Below, piece after piece: positions 17,785 through 26,909 of a stretch of 64,000 nucleotides of DNA; within the stretch, counting starts at the first letter, position 1, and each line of letters starts with the position of its first letter. The translations under genes and the position numbers were made by a program. The stretch is from Candidatus Fervidibacter sinensis. Its GTDB lineage: Bacteria; Armatimonadota; Fervidibacteria; Fervidibacterales; Fervidibacteraceae. The notes beneath the pieces were generated by a model. The model was given only the letters and a program-made list of their open reading frames with translations. It did no database searches and was not told the origin of the DNA. Location: NCBI GenBank assembly GCA_032161045.1, contig JAVHTH010000010.1; one strand, 5' to 3'.

Positions 17785-20700
17785 TGCCCGCTTTCAAGAG
17801 GTTTATCAACTGTTACTGAAACATCCGTCCCACTATCAACAAAATCGGTTTCATAGGTCGCAGTCATATTCCCTTTCTTGACTTCAATTACCGCCTTTAC
17901 CTTATCGCCATCTGGATCACTTACTTTCACTGTAAAAGTAACTTGTGGTCTCACTATTGCTTCATCCGCAGGGGTCAAAAGTTCAGGGACATTTGGAACT
18001 TGCGTTACGGTTAAAGTGATAGGGGTAACTACCTGTGGCTTTTCTACATCATTGGAGTTGAACACGAGATTTGCTTTGTGGTTTCCAAGTCCGAGAGAAG
18101 TGGCATCTAAAGTTAATGCCAGATCCACTCCTTCGCCACCCAAAAGACTCCCTGCCAAAGGTGAGTGATCCAGCCAAGGAACACCCCTGATCACAGGAGC
18201 ATACCAGATGTCAGGGACTGCATCAAATGCACCAGCGGAAGAGTCCCAAAATTCACATGCGACATGAAAGTCAACCGGGTTACCGATATCAGAAAGTTTC
18301 ACTCCAACTTCAACGGCACCATTAACTGATTTGAACCAAACAAAGTCAGCCGCATAATCAAAGTTTCCTGTTGACGGATTATAACGATAAACTCCTATCG
18401 TTCCCATACCTCCAAAGAGAATATAGTCCACTCCCATACCGCTTCTCCATCCTACGCCTGTGGCAGCGTTGCGGTCAGTGTCAAGGAAGATGTCTAAGTA
18501 GGTATCATCTGGGTTGAATTCTCCTCCCTCTAATTCAGCACGGAAATAAAGGTAAGTTCCGTCGGATTGGAAGAAAACTTTGCGGATATTGCGGGCATTT
18601 CCATTGAATTCATCTGGGTCAACCATAATCCATCTCCAAGTTCCTGTTGGAGGTTGTCCGTTTTGTAGGGTAGTGATAGGTTTGCCATTTTTGAGCGGAA
18701 TAAGTTCAATGGATTGGTCGGTTTCGGAATTAGGAACAAATTGGAATGGTGCAATTTTTGTTTGTTTTATGGGACGGCTAACTGGTTGGGATGGTGGAGG
18801 AGTCTTAACAGCATTTTGGAAGAGTTGTGCAAGGCGCTTGCTATGAGGTGTGGGCTTGGACATCAACCTTTGGATAACCTGCTGCCATTCCTGCTGCTTT
18901 TTTGAGTCTGTAATTCCTTGTGATGGTCTGAGTGTCATGTTTTGGAAGGACAATGCTTTTTGCTCTCTTTTTTGTTTTGCACGCAAATACTCCTGATACA
19001 ATTTGGAGTTTTCAGGAACAACCATAACACGCCGATTTACAGGTTGGTGGCGAAGCGTTGATAGAGCCGATGTCGCCCCACGAGCGATGAATGTGAGAGA
19101 CCTACCACCAACATTGGAGACATTCATCGCAGTTGTTACCTTAGTGCCTTGGAGTAAAGTTTGCTCCACAAAAATGGGTGTTACAGAGATTTGAGGTCCA
19201 GGCTGTAAGGTCAAAACAATTTTGTAAGTGCAATCAGGACCACCTAAACTTCCCCAATCGCTTGGCATCACACGCAGGTAATATCTTCCAGTTCTTGGCA
19301 ATTGAATGTCAATGTAAGGATCCCATCCCCACCAACCTTGCGACCAAGCAAGTTGTTGTCCCTGCTCGTCATAGAGTGCCAATATAGCAATCAGAGGCGA
19401 ACCCTGTCTTTGAGCAATAACTTCCGCTGTTGCGAAATAACCAGCAGGACTGTCAAAAACAAAGTAATCCGAATCAAATTGAGGGTCAATAACTCCGTCA
19501 ACAGTTTGTCCACTGGCGATAGTTGTTGCGTTTTGAGGCCAATCGCTGTGATCATCCGGTGCATCCTTGACTATCGTTAGCATGTAATTCCCAGTAACAC
19601 CCCAAACATCTTCCACTTTCACATAGAAATCCCCGTCGTGAGGCAAGGGAAAGCGAACGATGCGAGGGTTGTTGCTCCACCATAGCCAATCTGGGAAGTT
19701 ATCATTGTATGCGAGCACTATCTGTCCATCACTGTCGTAGAGGGTCAAAGCAGGATTCTGCCACCATGGATCAAAGGCTTCTACCGAAATTGCCACATAA
19801 TCGCCCAATTGCCCACTGAACTTATAAAAGTCCAAATCATCTGGCGGATTGATCTCACCTAAAATGGTGTCACCATAAGCAATTTGAGTGGCTTGAGCGG
19901 GAGTGTCATTAGGTTCTTGTTCAGCAAGAGTTTTACGGAGGGAAAGGGTGTAAGTAAAATCTGGTCCGCCCACATTAGAACCACCATACGGTATTACCCG
20001 CAGGAAATAACGACCCGACTGGGTAATCTGGTAACTAATGTAGGAATCAAGCCCATAATAGTCATCGTTGAACGCAATGATATTGCCCTGCTCATCGTAA
20101 AGTGCAAGCATAGAGTCTAAAGGCGAGCCTTGCCTTTGGGCGAATACTTCAGCAATTATGAAATCGCCTTGTTCGGCGTAAAACGCAAAGTAATCTGTAT
20201 CGGGTGGTGGATTTATCGTGCCAGAAATGTTTTGTCCGTATGCAATGGGTGTGGCGGTTTGTGTCCAATCCCCATGGTCATCAGGGGAATCCTTGACGAG
20301 GGTGATTGTGTAAAAATGATTTTCGCTTCCACTACCTAAGTAATCTTCCACTTTAATGTAAAACGTCCCATCATGGGGAAGAGGAAAGCGAAGAACAGGA
20401 GACTCCCACCACTCATACCACCAGTAGTCCCAATCCGCATACCAGTCTACCACCAGCCTTGTTTGTCCATCGCTGTTATATAAAGTAACCACCGGATCCA
20501 TTGGGTAACCCAGTGACAAAGCACGAACCCTTATGGTCACTAAATCATCTTTTTGTCCATCAAACTTATAAAAGTCCACATCGCCTGGAACGAGTATCGT
20601 TCCCTGTTTTGATTCTCCATAAGTGATAGGTGTTGCTGTTGAAGGGTCATCATTAGGTTCTGTCGGATCTGCAAGAACTCGCACAGTTGCTGGGTCGCTT

Positions 20701-22718
20701 TCGCCTTCATCGTAAACAACCGTTACTCGGTAAAAGAGAACTAACTGGTTTGGAGGTAAATTGGAGTCAACATAAGATGTTTGATCGGAAGGAAGGCTTG
20801 CAATTAAGTCGTAAGGACCTTGGATTTGTGTTGCCCTGTAAACTCTGTAACCTTGCAAATCTAAAGGTCTAATAAGGGGCTGTCTGGAAGCAAGTCTTCG
20901 GAATCGGTTGTTGTTAAAAACGCTTCCCCACTGAAGCGTCACAGTGTTGTCATCAGAGTTATAAGTTGCAATTAGGTTGGGAACTGAGCGCAACTTTAAG
21001 GTGATGGTGTAATGTCTCATCTTGTTGTCAAATGCTTTGCTGGTCACTTTCAAGTAAAAATCACCCGAATTAGGCAGGACGAATTTAGGAATGAATGGGT
21101 CTTTGCTCCCGTTGTAATCGTCACTTTCTGCTAACACTGTTGAACCGTCGCTATCTAAAATCTGCAAAACAGCATCAATTCCGGAGCCCAATGCTTCGGC
21201 TTGAATTTTTACAGTGATGACCGTATTCTGAGTTGCGCTGAACTTGAATAAGTCTATATCCTCGTCAGGTTCAATCTTACCGAACAAAGTTTCTCCAAAA
21301 GCAATAAAAGTCGCCTGAACAGGAGTATCGTTGGGTTCGTTTTGGTCAGGAGCAAGAGGCAAAATGGATAGAAAAGCATCAATTCGCCCCCAGCCGTAGT
21401 CGTTATCAGGTCCTGGAGCACCCAAATCCACAGCAGAGTTTTTCAAAAGGTTCTTGATATTTTCCACAGTAAGTTCGGTGCCTTGTGCCCTTGCGAAAGA
21501 TTGAATAAGCGCTACTGTCCCCACAACATGTGGACACGCCATTGAAGTGCCACTCCAGTACTCGTAACCTCCCCCAGGCACAGATGAAAGCACAAAATCT
21601 CCTGGGGCTGAAACATCTGGCTTTATGATTTCACCAATGCCAGTCCAGAAGACGGGACCGCGGCTTGAAAAGTCTGCAATATTGTCATTGATATCTGTTG
21701 CCCCCACGCCAAACGCCATTGGGTAGTCGCCAGGGGAGTTCGTTGTTTGAGGAGCGGGGCCGTCATTTCCTATGGAAAAGGCAGGGAAAATGTTAGCAGC
21801 GATCCACGCATTGAGAGCATCTCGGAGGGAAGGATCCATGTCTGGAGAGTGGGAGCCAATATATCCCCATGAGTTGTTGACTACATCGGCGCCATCATCG
21901 GTAGAAGGATCACCATCAGGGTCAAGCATCCATTGCATACAAGCAAACATCCCTTCCTCCGTTGCCCCCTCATCTTCGTCAAACAATCGAGCAACAATTA
22001 AAGTTACCCCAGGAGCAACCCCTATATGTATTCCACTTGCGTTTCCACCAGCGATAGTTCCTGAAACATGTGTTCCATGTCCATGCCAATCAGAAGGTAA
22101 TGAACCTGGGTCGTAAGGGTCAAACCATCCATTTACAGGACGGAGTTTACCTGCTAAGTCAGGATGTGTGGGATCAATTCCTGTATCAATGACACCGACA
22201 GTCACATTGGCGCCTCTAACACCAAAAGTATTCCAAACCTCTGGGACGCGAATTTTTTCCAAACCCCATGTAAAAGCCTGTTGAGGTCTTATCCCTCTTT
22301 GACGGCGGATAGGCTGGATAAGTCTGACTGGTCGTACTTTCTCCACCCTTAATACGGACGGATCTCGTTTTAATGCTTCAATAACTTCTGAATCTGCCTT
22401 GACGGAGATGGCATTGACAATCCACAAAGACCTATATTGGTGGACTTTCCCTTCTTGCTGCCATTGCTGCAAGCGAGCAAGTATGGGGCGTTGGGTTCTC
22501 TGCGCTGTTTGCATTAACAACCTTTTGACTTCGGTTCGGTTACCTTTTACAGATAGGAGATTCGCTTTTTCCCGAAGGAACACAAGGTAAACAGTTTCTT
22601 GGGTCTGCGCCACCAACCCTGCCCATACGGCAATCACAGCTAGCAATAACCCAAGCGACAATACAACCACTGACCGCTTCTCTATTTTTCGTTCCCTCCT
22701 TATAAAGAAGCCGTTCAC
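17757..22718 (-). CDS. N-terminal portion of the giant secreted subtilisin-like (S8) protease with multiple PPC-type domains
   Basis: Catalytic D (VGVIDTGID), H (HGHGTHVSG) and S (SGTSMACPHV). I9-like propeptide. At least five EPND/DDH-type pre-peptidase C-terminal repeats. Start uncertain: GTG at 22718 gives a signal-anchor, while the ORF-track start is 22895. Confidence 0.8.
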   Translation of the reverse strand: MNGFFIRRERKIEKRSVVVLSLGLLLAVIAVWAGLVAQTQETVYLVFLREKANLLSVKGNRTEVKRLLMQTAQRTQRPILARLQQWQQEGKVHQYRSLWIVNAISVKADSEVIEALKRDPSVLRVEKVRPVRLIQPIRRQRGIRPQQAFTWGLEKIRVPEVWNTFGVRGANVTVGVIDTGIDPTHPDLAGKLRPVNGWFDPYDPGSLPSDWHGHGTHVSGTIAGGNASGIHIGVAPGVTLIVARLFDEDEGATEEGMFACMQWMLDPDGDPSTDDGADVVNNSWGYIGSHSPDMDPSLRDALNAWIAANIFPAFSIGNDGPAPQTTNSPGDYPMAFGVGATDINDNIADFSSRGPVFWTGIGEIIKPDVSAPGDFVLSSVPGGGYEYWSGTSMACPHVVGTVALIQSFARAQGTELTVENIKNLLKNSAVDLGAPGPDNDYGWGRIDAFLSILPLAPDQNEPNDTPVQATFIAFGETLFGKIEPDEDIDLFKFSATQNTVITVKIQAEALGSGIDAVLQILDSDGSTVLAESDDYNGSKDPFIPKFVLPNSGDFYLKVTSKAFDNKMRHYTITLKLRSVPNLIATYNSDDNTVTLQWGSVFNNNRFRRLASRQPLIRPLDLQGYRVYRATQIQGPYDLIASLPSDQTSYVDSNLPPNQLVLFYRVTVVYDEGESDPATVRVLADPTEPNDDPSTATPITYGESKQGTILVPGDVDFYKFDGQKDDLVTIRVRALSLGYPMDPVVTLYNSDGQTRLVVDWYADWDYWWYEWWESPVLRFPLPHDGTFYIKVEDYLGSGSENHFYTITLVKDSPDDHGDWTQTATPIAYGQNISGTINPPPDTDYFAFYAEQGDFIIAEVFAQRQGSPLDSMLALYDEQGNIIAFNDDYYGLDSYISYQITQSGRYFLRVIPYGGSNVGGPDFTYTLSLRKTLAEQEPNDTPAQATQIAYGDTILGEINPPDDLDFYKFSGQLGDYVAISVEAFDPWWQNPALTLYDSDGQIVLAYNDNFPDWLWWSNNPRIVRFPLPHDGDFYVKVEDVWGVTGNYMLTIVKDAPDDHSDWPQNATTIASGQTVDGVIDPQFDSDYFVFDSPAGYFATAEVIAQRQGSPLIAILALYDEQGQQLAWSQGWWGWDPYIDIQLPRTGRYYLRVMPSDWGSLGGPDCTYKIVLTLQPGPQISVTPIFVEQTLLQGTKVTTAMNVSNVGGRSLTFIARGATSALSTLRHQPVNRRVMVVPENSKLYQEYLRAKQKREQKALSFQNMTLRPSQGITDSKKQQEWQQVIQRLMSKPTPHSKRLAQLFQNAVKTPPPSQPVSRPIKQTKIAPFQFVPNSETDQSIELIPLKNGKPITTLQNGQPPTGTWRWIMVDPDEFNGNARNIRKVFFQSDGTYLYFRAELEGGEFNPDDTYLDIFLDTDRNAATGVGWRSGMGVDYILFGGMGTIGVYRYNPSTGNFDYAADFVWFKSVNGAVEVGVKLSDIGNPVDFHVACEFWDSSAGAFDAVPDIWYAPVIRGVPWLDHSPLAGSLLGGEGVDLALTLDATSLGLGNHKANLVFNSNDVEKPQVVTPITLTVTQVPNVPELLTPADEAIVRPQVTFTVKVSDPDGDKVKAVIEVKKGNMTATYETDFVDSGTDVSVTVDKPLESGQWTHGERRR

Positions 22719-22746
22719 ACGCTCCCATATACATAGCGTCCGAAAT

Positions 22747-22840
22747 GGTGAAAAGTTAAGGTGAAAAGTTAAGAGGTGGGGTGATTGATGTTCTAAACAT
22801 TGCAGAGTGGTCGTGACATAATAAGGGCAAAAAGTTAAGG
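22747..22840. promoter_or_regulatory. Triple direct repeat GGTGAAAAGTTAA in the divergent protease/sigma intergenic region
   Basis: Exact tandem 13-mers at 22747-22759 and 22760-22772, plus GGCAAAAAGTTAAGG at 22826-22840. Confidence 0.35.
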
Positions 22841-22920
22841 CGTATTTTGACCGCGAAGGGGAGATTTGAATATTGCGGTCACAAGCAAAGAGCACTTAAA
22901 AATACGGGTAATGACAAAGT

Positions 22921-23589
22921 TTGCTGAAATTTTTAGAGGCGGTGAGGAGAGTGCAAAAGAGTAACAGGAAAAAGCCTGCTTTTGGGTTGTGCGGGGGTAT
23001 CACTTTGGGTGAATTGAGGGACGAGAGAAAGTTTGACGATTTCGTTCGTCAATCATATGAGCGCTTGCTCGGCTTTGCTTATCAACTACTCGGAAATTGG
23101 GACGATGCTGAAGATGTTGTTCAAACCGTTTTTATGGAATTGTGGGAGTTAGTCACGAAGCGATTGAAAGAGCCAAACGCTAATGCCATCGCCGTCACAT
23201 ACCAATTAGTTAAGCGACGAACTTCTGATTTCCGAATCAAACAACCAAATTCCTTCAACCCAGAATGGTTAGAAGAGCCATTTTCCGAAGAGGCTTTTAG
23301 TGATGGGTTAAGTTGGGAGGAAGAAATGAAGGATGTGGAAGGCATAGTCATAGCCATTGAGAAAAGGAGAGCCATTCGCGAGTGTGGAAATCAACTGCAA
23401 GGAAGGGCACGAGATGTCTTCTCTTTATTTTTGAAGGGTGTTCCCCAAGTGGAAATTGCAAAGAATTTGGGCATCAGCGCAGCGAGGGTGTCGCAGTTGA
23501 TGAAAATTGTCTTCATTCAGTTGAAGCAGAAACTCCAAGAGATGGGCTACGATTGCAACGAAACCGTTAATGTGCCCTTAAAATTTTGA
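22921..23589 (+). CDS. ECF-type RNA polymerase sigma-70 family factor
   Basis: Region 2 (DAEDVVQTVFMELWE) and region 4 HTH (VPQVEIAKNLGISAARVSQL). Start uncertain. Confidence 0.8.
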   Translation: MLKFLEAVRRVQKSNRKKPAFGLCGGITLGELRDERKFDDFVRQSYERLLGFAYQLLGNWDDAEDVVQTVFMELWELVTKRLKEPNANAIAVTYQLVKRRTSDFRIKQPNSFNPEWLEEPFSEEAFSDGLSWEEEMKDVEGIVIAIEKRRAIRECGNQLQGRARDVFSLFLKGVPQVEIAKNLGISAARVSQLMKIVFIQLKQKLQEMGYDCNETVNVPLKF

Positions 23590-23664
23590 CTTTTCTGACG
23601 CTTAATTATTGGAGGTTGGAACGAAAGGTGGGAAATTCACTGCAAAGTTTGAAAGGTGAAAGCC

Positions 23665-24990
23665 ATGCGATGTGAAGATGTCCGTAAACGGATGTTGGAT
23701 TATGTGATGGGCAAACTAACAGAGGCGGAAGTGACGGCGATAGATAAGCATCTTGACCGATGCGAAGATTGCACGAAAGTAGTTGACAATTACCTTAACG
23801 AACTTGGGCTTTTCAACCTTGAACCAGAGAAAAACGAACTGTTTCGTTTGATGCGTATACCTATGCCGTCACAGGAGCGAGTGAAAGCAGGTATAGAAGC
23901 AGTCCTTCAGGCTATTCATGGACCGAAGGCAATCGCTGAACACGAAGTTGCTCCAACTGTCAAGGAACAAAAGTCCAAGACTGCATCATGGGCAGAACAA
24001 TTTGGGGCTTTGGTCAGGCAATTTGCAACTTATTGGGTTTACGGCTTAGCAACTGTTGCAGTTGCAGGTTTGATCATCTTCGCGTGGAACGAACATGCTC
24101 AGCGGAAAGCATTTGAGCATCAAATTGCTTCCCTTCAAATGCAAGTGAATTTGTTGAGGCGACAAAATGAAGCCGTGAAACGAGAGAACGAAACATTGCA
24201 ACGCAAATTGGAACAAGCATTGTTAGAGCGTCAGCGAACTCAAAGGGTGTTTGAGGAAAGGCAAAAGCAATTGGAAAAGAGGTTAGCCCAGCAAGTTTTT
24301 GTTTTGGTGCGGGATAGAGCGGGAGCGGTTACAATCAACGCTGATGGCACAGTGCGATTGGAAGGGAGACAAATTTTGCCTTTGCCTTTCGCCCAACAAG
24401 TGAAAGAGTTAATCACCACAGGTGCAGTGAAGCCGTCAAAACCGGCACTTCTTGCAATGGCGACTTTGAACAGCGGTTTGATGCTAAATACGCTGCGAAG
24501 CGCAAAGGTTGAAACATCTCAAAAGCCCATCCCCATTAGCCCTGTCCTTACCGCTGTTCGTTCTGTCTGTCCAAAACTGCAATGGAAACCCGTTGAGGGG
24601 GCAAAGGGATACAAGGTGATGATTGTTGACAAGAATGACAAACTCCTTTGGCAAACAAAAGTTGAGGCAGAAACGAAGGTGATTGTGCCTTCAGGTGTCT
24701 TACGCAGGGGGCAAGTTTACTTCTGGCAAGTAGAAGCCTTTTTAAATGAGCAATCCAACTTGTCGCCTGTTGTCGGTTTTTGGGTGCTCAGTGAGGAAGA
24801 GTTGAAGGAAGTGACAAAAGCAGAACGAAAATTTCAAGGTTCGGCATTGGTTCTCGCCAGCCTTTACGCTCATCATGGGCTCTACGAAGAGGCGCTCGCT
24901 CAAATTGAACGACTTTCGGAAATGAACCCTACAAGTCCCTTCGTGCAAGGGATTTTGAATAACTTGGAGCGACAATTGGGCAGGGAGTGA
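23665..24990 (+). CDS. Anti-sigma factor (zf-HC2) with one TM helix, a coiled coil and an extracytoplasmic domain
   Basis: N-terminal MRCEDV...HLDRCEDC zinc-finger motif, hydrophobic segment YWVYGLATVAVAGLIIFAW, heptad-rich region, C-terminal Ig-like and TPR-like parts. Confidence 0.75.
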   Translation: MRCEDVRKRMLDYVMGKLTEAEVTAIDKHLDRCEDCTKVVDNYLNELGLFNLEPEKNELFRLMRIPMPSQERVKAGIEAVLQAIHGPKAIAEHEVAPTVKEQKSKTASWAEQFGALVRQFATYWVYGLATVAVAGLIIFAWNEHAQRKAFEHQIASLQMQVNLLRRQNEAVKRENETLQRKLEQALLERQRTQRVFEERQKQLEKRLAQQVFVLVRDRAGAVTINADGTVRLEGRQILPLPFAQQVKELITTGAVKPSKPALLAMATLNSGLMLNTLRSAKVETSQKPIPISPVLTAVRSVCPKLQWKPVEGAKGYKVMIVDKNDKLLWQTKVEAETKVIVPSGVLRRGQVYFWQVEAFLNEQSNLSPVVGFWVLSEEELKEVTKAERKFQGSALVLASLYAHHGLYEEALAQIERLSEMNPTSPFVQGILNNLERQLGRE

Positions 24991-25103
24991 CGAAAGCGCC
25001 TTTTATTGCAAATAGTTTTGCCTTACCAATTTCCGTCGTAACGAAAATTTTTCTTTAGGTACAAATTTTGCCAGTTTACGCTGTGAAATGGGAGGGTGAG
25101 AAC

Positions 25104-26909
25104 ATGAAAGGTCGCAGCCAATGCAAAGCGGTTTGGGTCTTTGTTTTATGCTGCTTTGCCTTCTGTCTCGCTTCGCCCTCAACCCCTGAAAGCCCCCGAA
25201 CTGGCGAAGAAGAAGTGTTGAAGTCGCTTGTTGAACGCTTTTTCACTGCTTACGAAAAAGAAGACTTAGAGGGCTTAATGAGCCTTTGGAGCGAAAAATC
25301 CCCAGATTACGCCGAGCGCAAAAAGGTTATGAAGGAACTTTTTGACTTGCGTGACTATACTTTCGCTAACTTGATCATCAAGCAAATTCAGTTTGAAGGT
25401 GATAAAGCCAGGTTGAGAGTTTGTATCGCTTTGACCGAGATTGAGCCAAAAACGAGGATGCAAAGCACGCGCAATTTAGACCGAATTTTCGTTTGCGTTA
25501 AGGAAGAAGGTATCTGGAAAATTTGGCGCTATTACCCAACTTCCGAAGAACTTGTCCATGCTTTGTTGCGAGTAGAGACTGATGAAGAGCGGGAAAAGTT
25601 GCTGGCAAAAGAAAGCGAGTTAGTGAATTTTGAGTTGGTTCGCGTCCTTTTGATTTGGGGTGACAAAGAACTGGAACAAGAAAACTTTCAACACGCCCTT
25701 GCAATTTATCAGTTGGCGAACAAGATTGCACAGCGTATTGGCGATGAGGAAGGTCTCATCCTTTCTCTCAACAGGGAGGGCGATACTTTGGCTTTGATGG
25801 GACAGATTAAGGAAGCGGCAGAGAAATACGAGGCTAACATCGTCACGCTTAAGGGGTTTATAAAAAGTCATCAGGAAGGAGGTTCAAACCAGCAGGTACA
25901 TGATTTGTCTGTGCTTTTGGCAAATCTGCTTCACAGACTTGGAATTTTCTATAAAACACGCTATGGCGATCCTGAAAGGACATTAGCCAAGTTTCAGGAA
26001 ATGTTAGCCATTGGGAAGCAGATAGGCGATCGTTGGATAGAGGCTGAAGGGCACAATTGTGTTGGTGGGGAGTTGATTGGTTTCGGCAGGATTGCTCAAG
26101 GTATACAGGAGATGGAAGAAGCCATTAGAATTTACGAGGATTTGCTCCGACAGAACCCTAACCCCAGAATTCGCGAATGCTACCTTGTTGCCTTAAATCA
26201 TCTCGCTTCCACTTACAGTTCCATTCACCTTTTCCCACAAGCGATAGAGCGCTATGAAAAGAGCCTTAAGATTTCCCGAGAAGTTAGTTACAAAGTTGGT
26301 GAAATGGGCGCTTTGTGGGGCATTGGGATGGTTTACGCTGGTCAGGGGGACTTTAAAAAGGCAATTGAACATTTTGAGCAAAGCCTGAAAATGGCACGAG
26401 AAGAAAAGCACTTTGCTTGGATAGTGACCAATCTGGGTTCTCTCGCTGATACTTATCGGGAACTTAGAGACTACGATAAGGCACTTGCATATGCACAAGA
26501 GCAGTTGGAATTTGCACGGGAAGTCCGTTCACCGCTGTGGGAAATTGGTTCGTTGTCGTTAATCATTTCCATCCTTGTCCGTAAGGGCGATACTGCTAAA
26601 GCGAGAATTTACGCTGAAGAGGCTCGGAAAAAGTTGGAGTATTTGGGATTGTCGGAGGAAATGCTCGGTGCTGCAATTGGGGACATATACCGAGCGGAGG
26701 GGAAATGGGAACAAGCCATTGACGCTTACCTCAGATACCTTACTCATCTTGAGCAGCGTTTCCCATTTGAAACCGACCCGCAAACCAAATTGTTACACCT
26801 TGAGAGAGCGTGGTCGGAAGTTTACGGCAACCTTATATCCTGCTTTTTGCGCTTCGTCGTTACGAGGAGGCATTGCAATTTTTGGAGAGAGCGAAAGCAA
26901 GGATTTTGA
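25104..26909 (+). CDS. TPR-repeat N-terminal portion of a TPR-CHAT protein (frameshifted)
   Basis: Signal peptide, NTF2/SnoaL-like segment, then many TPR-like helices. The reading frame breaks at a T5 run at 26844-26848. Confidence 0.7.
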   Translation: MKGRSQCKAVWVFVLCCFAFCLASPSTPESPRTGEEEVLKSLVERFFTAYEKEDLEGLMSLWSEKSPDYAERKKVMKELFDLRDYTFANLIIKQIQFEGDKARLRVCIALTEIEPKTRMQSTRNLDRIFVCVKEEGIWKIWRYYPTSEELVHALLRVETDEEREKLLAKESELVNFELVRVLLIWGDKELEQENFQHALAIYQLANKIAQRIGDEEGLILSLNREGDTLALMGQIKEAAEKYEANIVTLKGFIKSHQEGGSNQQVHDLSVLLANLLHRLGIFYKTRYGDPERTLAKFQEMLAIGKQIGDRWIEAEGHNCVGGELIGFGRIAQGIQEMEEAIRIYEDLLRQNPNPRIRECYLVALNHLASTYSSIHLFPQAIERYEKSLKISREVSYKVGEMGALWGIGMVYAGQGDFKKAIEHFEQSLKMAREEKHFAWIVTNLGSLADTYRELRDYDKALAYAQEQLEFAREVRSPLWEIGSLSLIISILVRKGDTAKARIYAEEARKKLEYLGLSEEMLGAAIGDIYRAEGKWEQAIDAYLRYLTHLEQRFPFETDPQTKLLHLERAWSEVYGNLISCFLRFVVTRRHCNFWRERKQGF

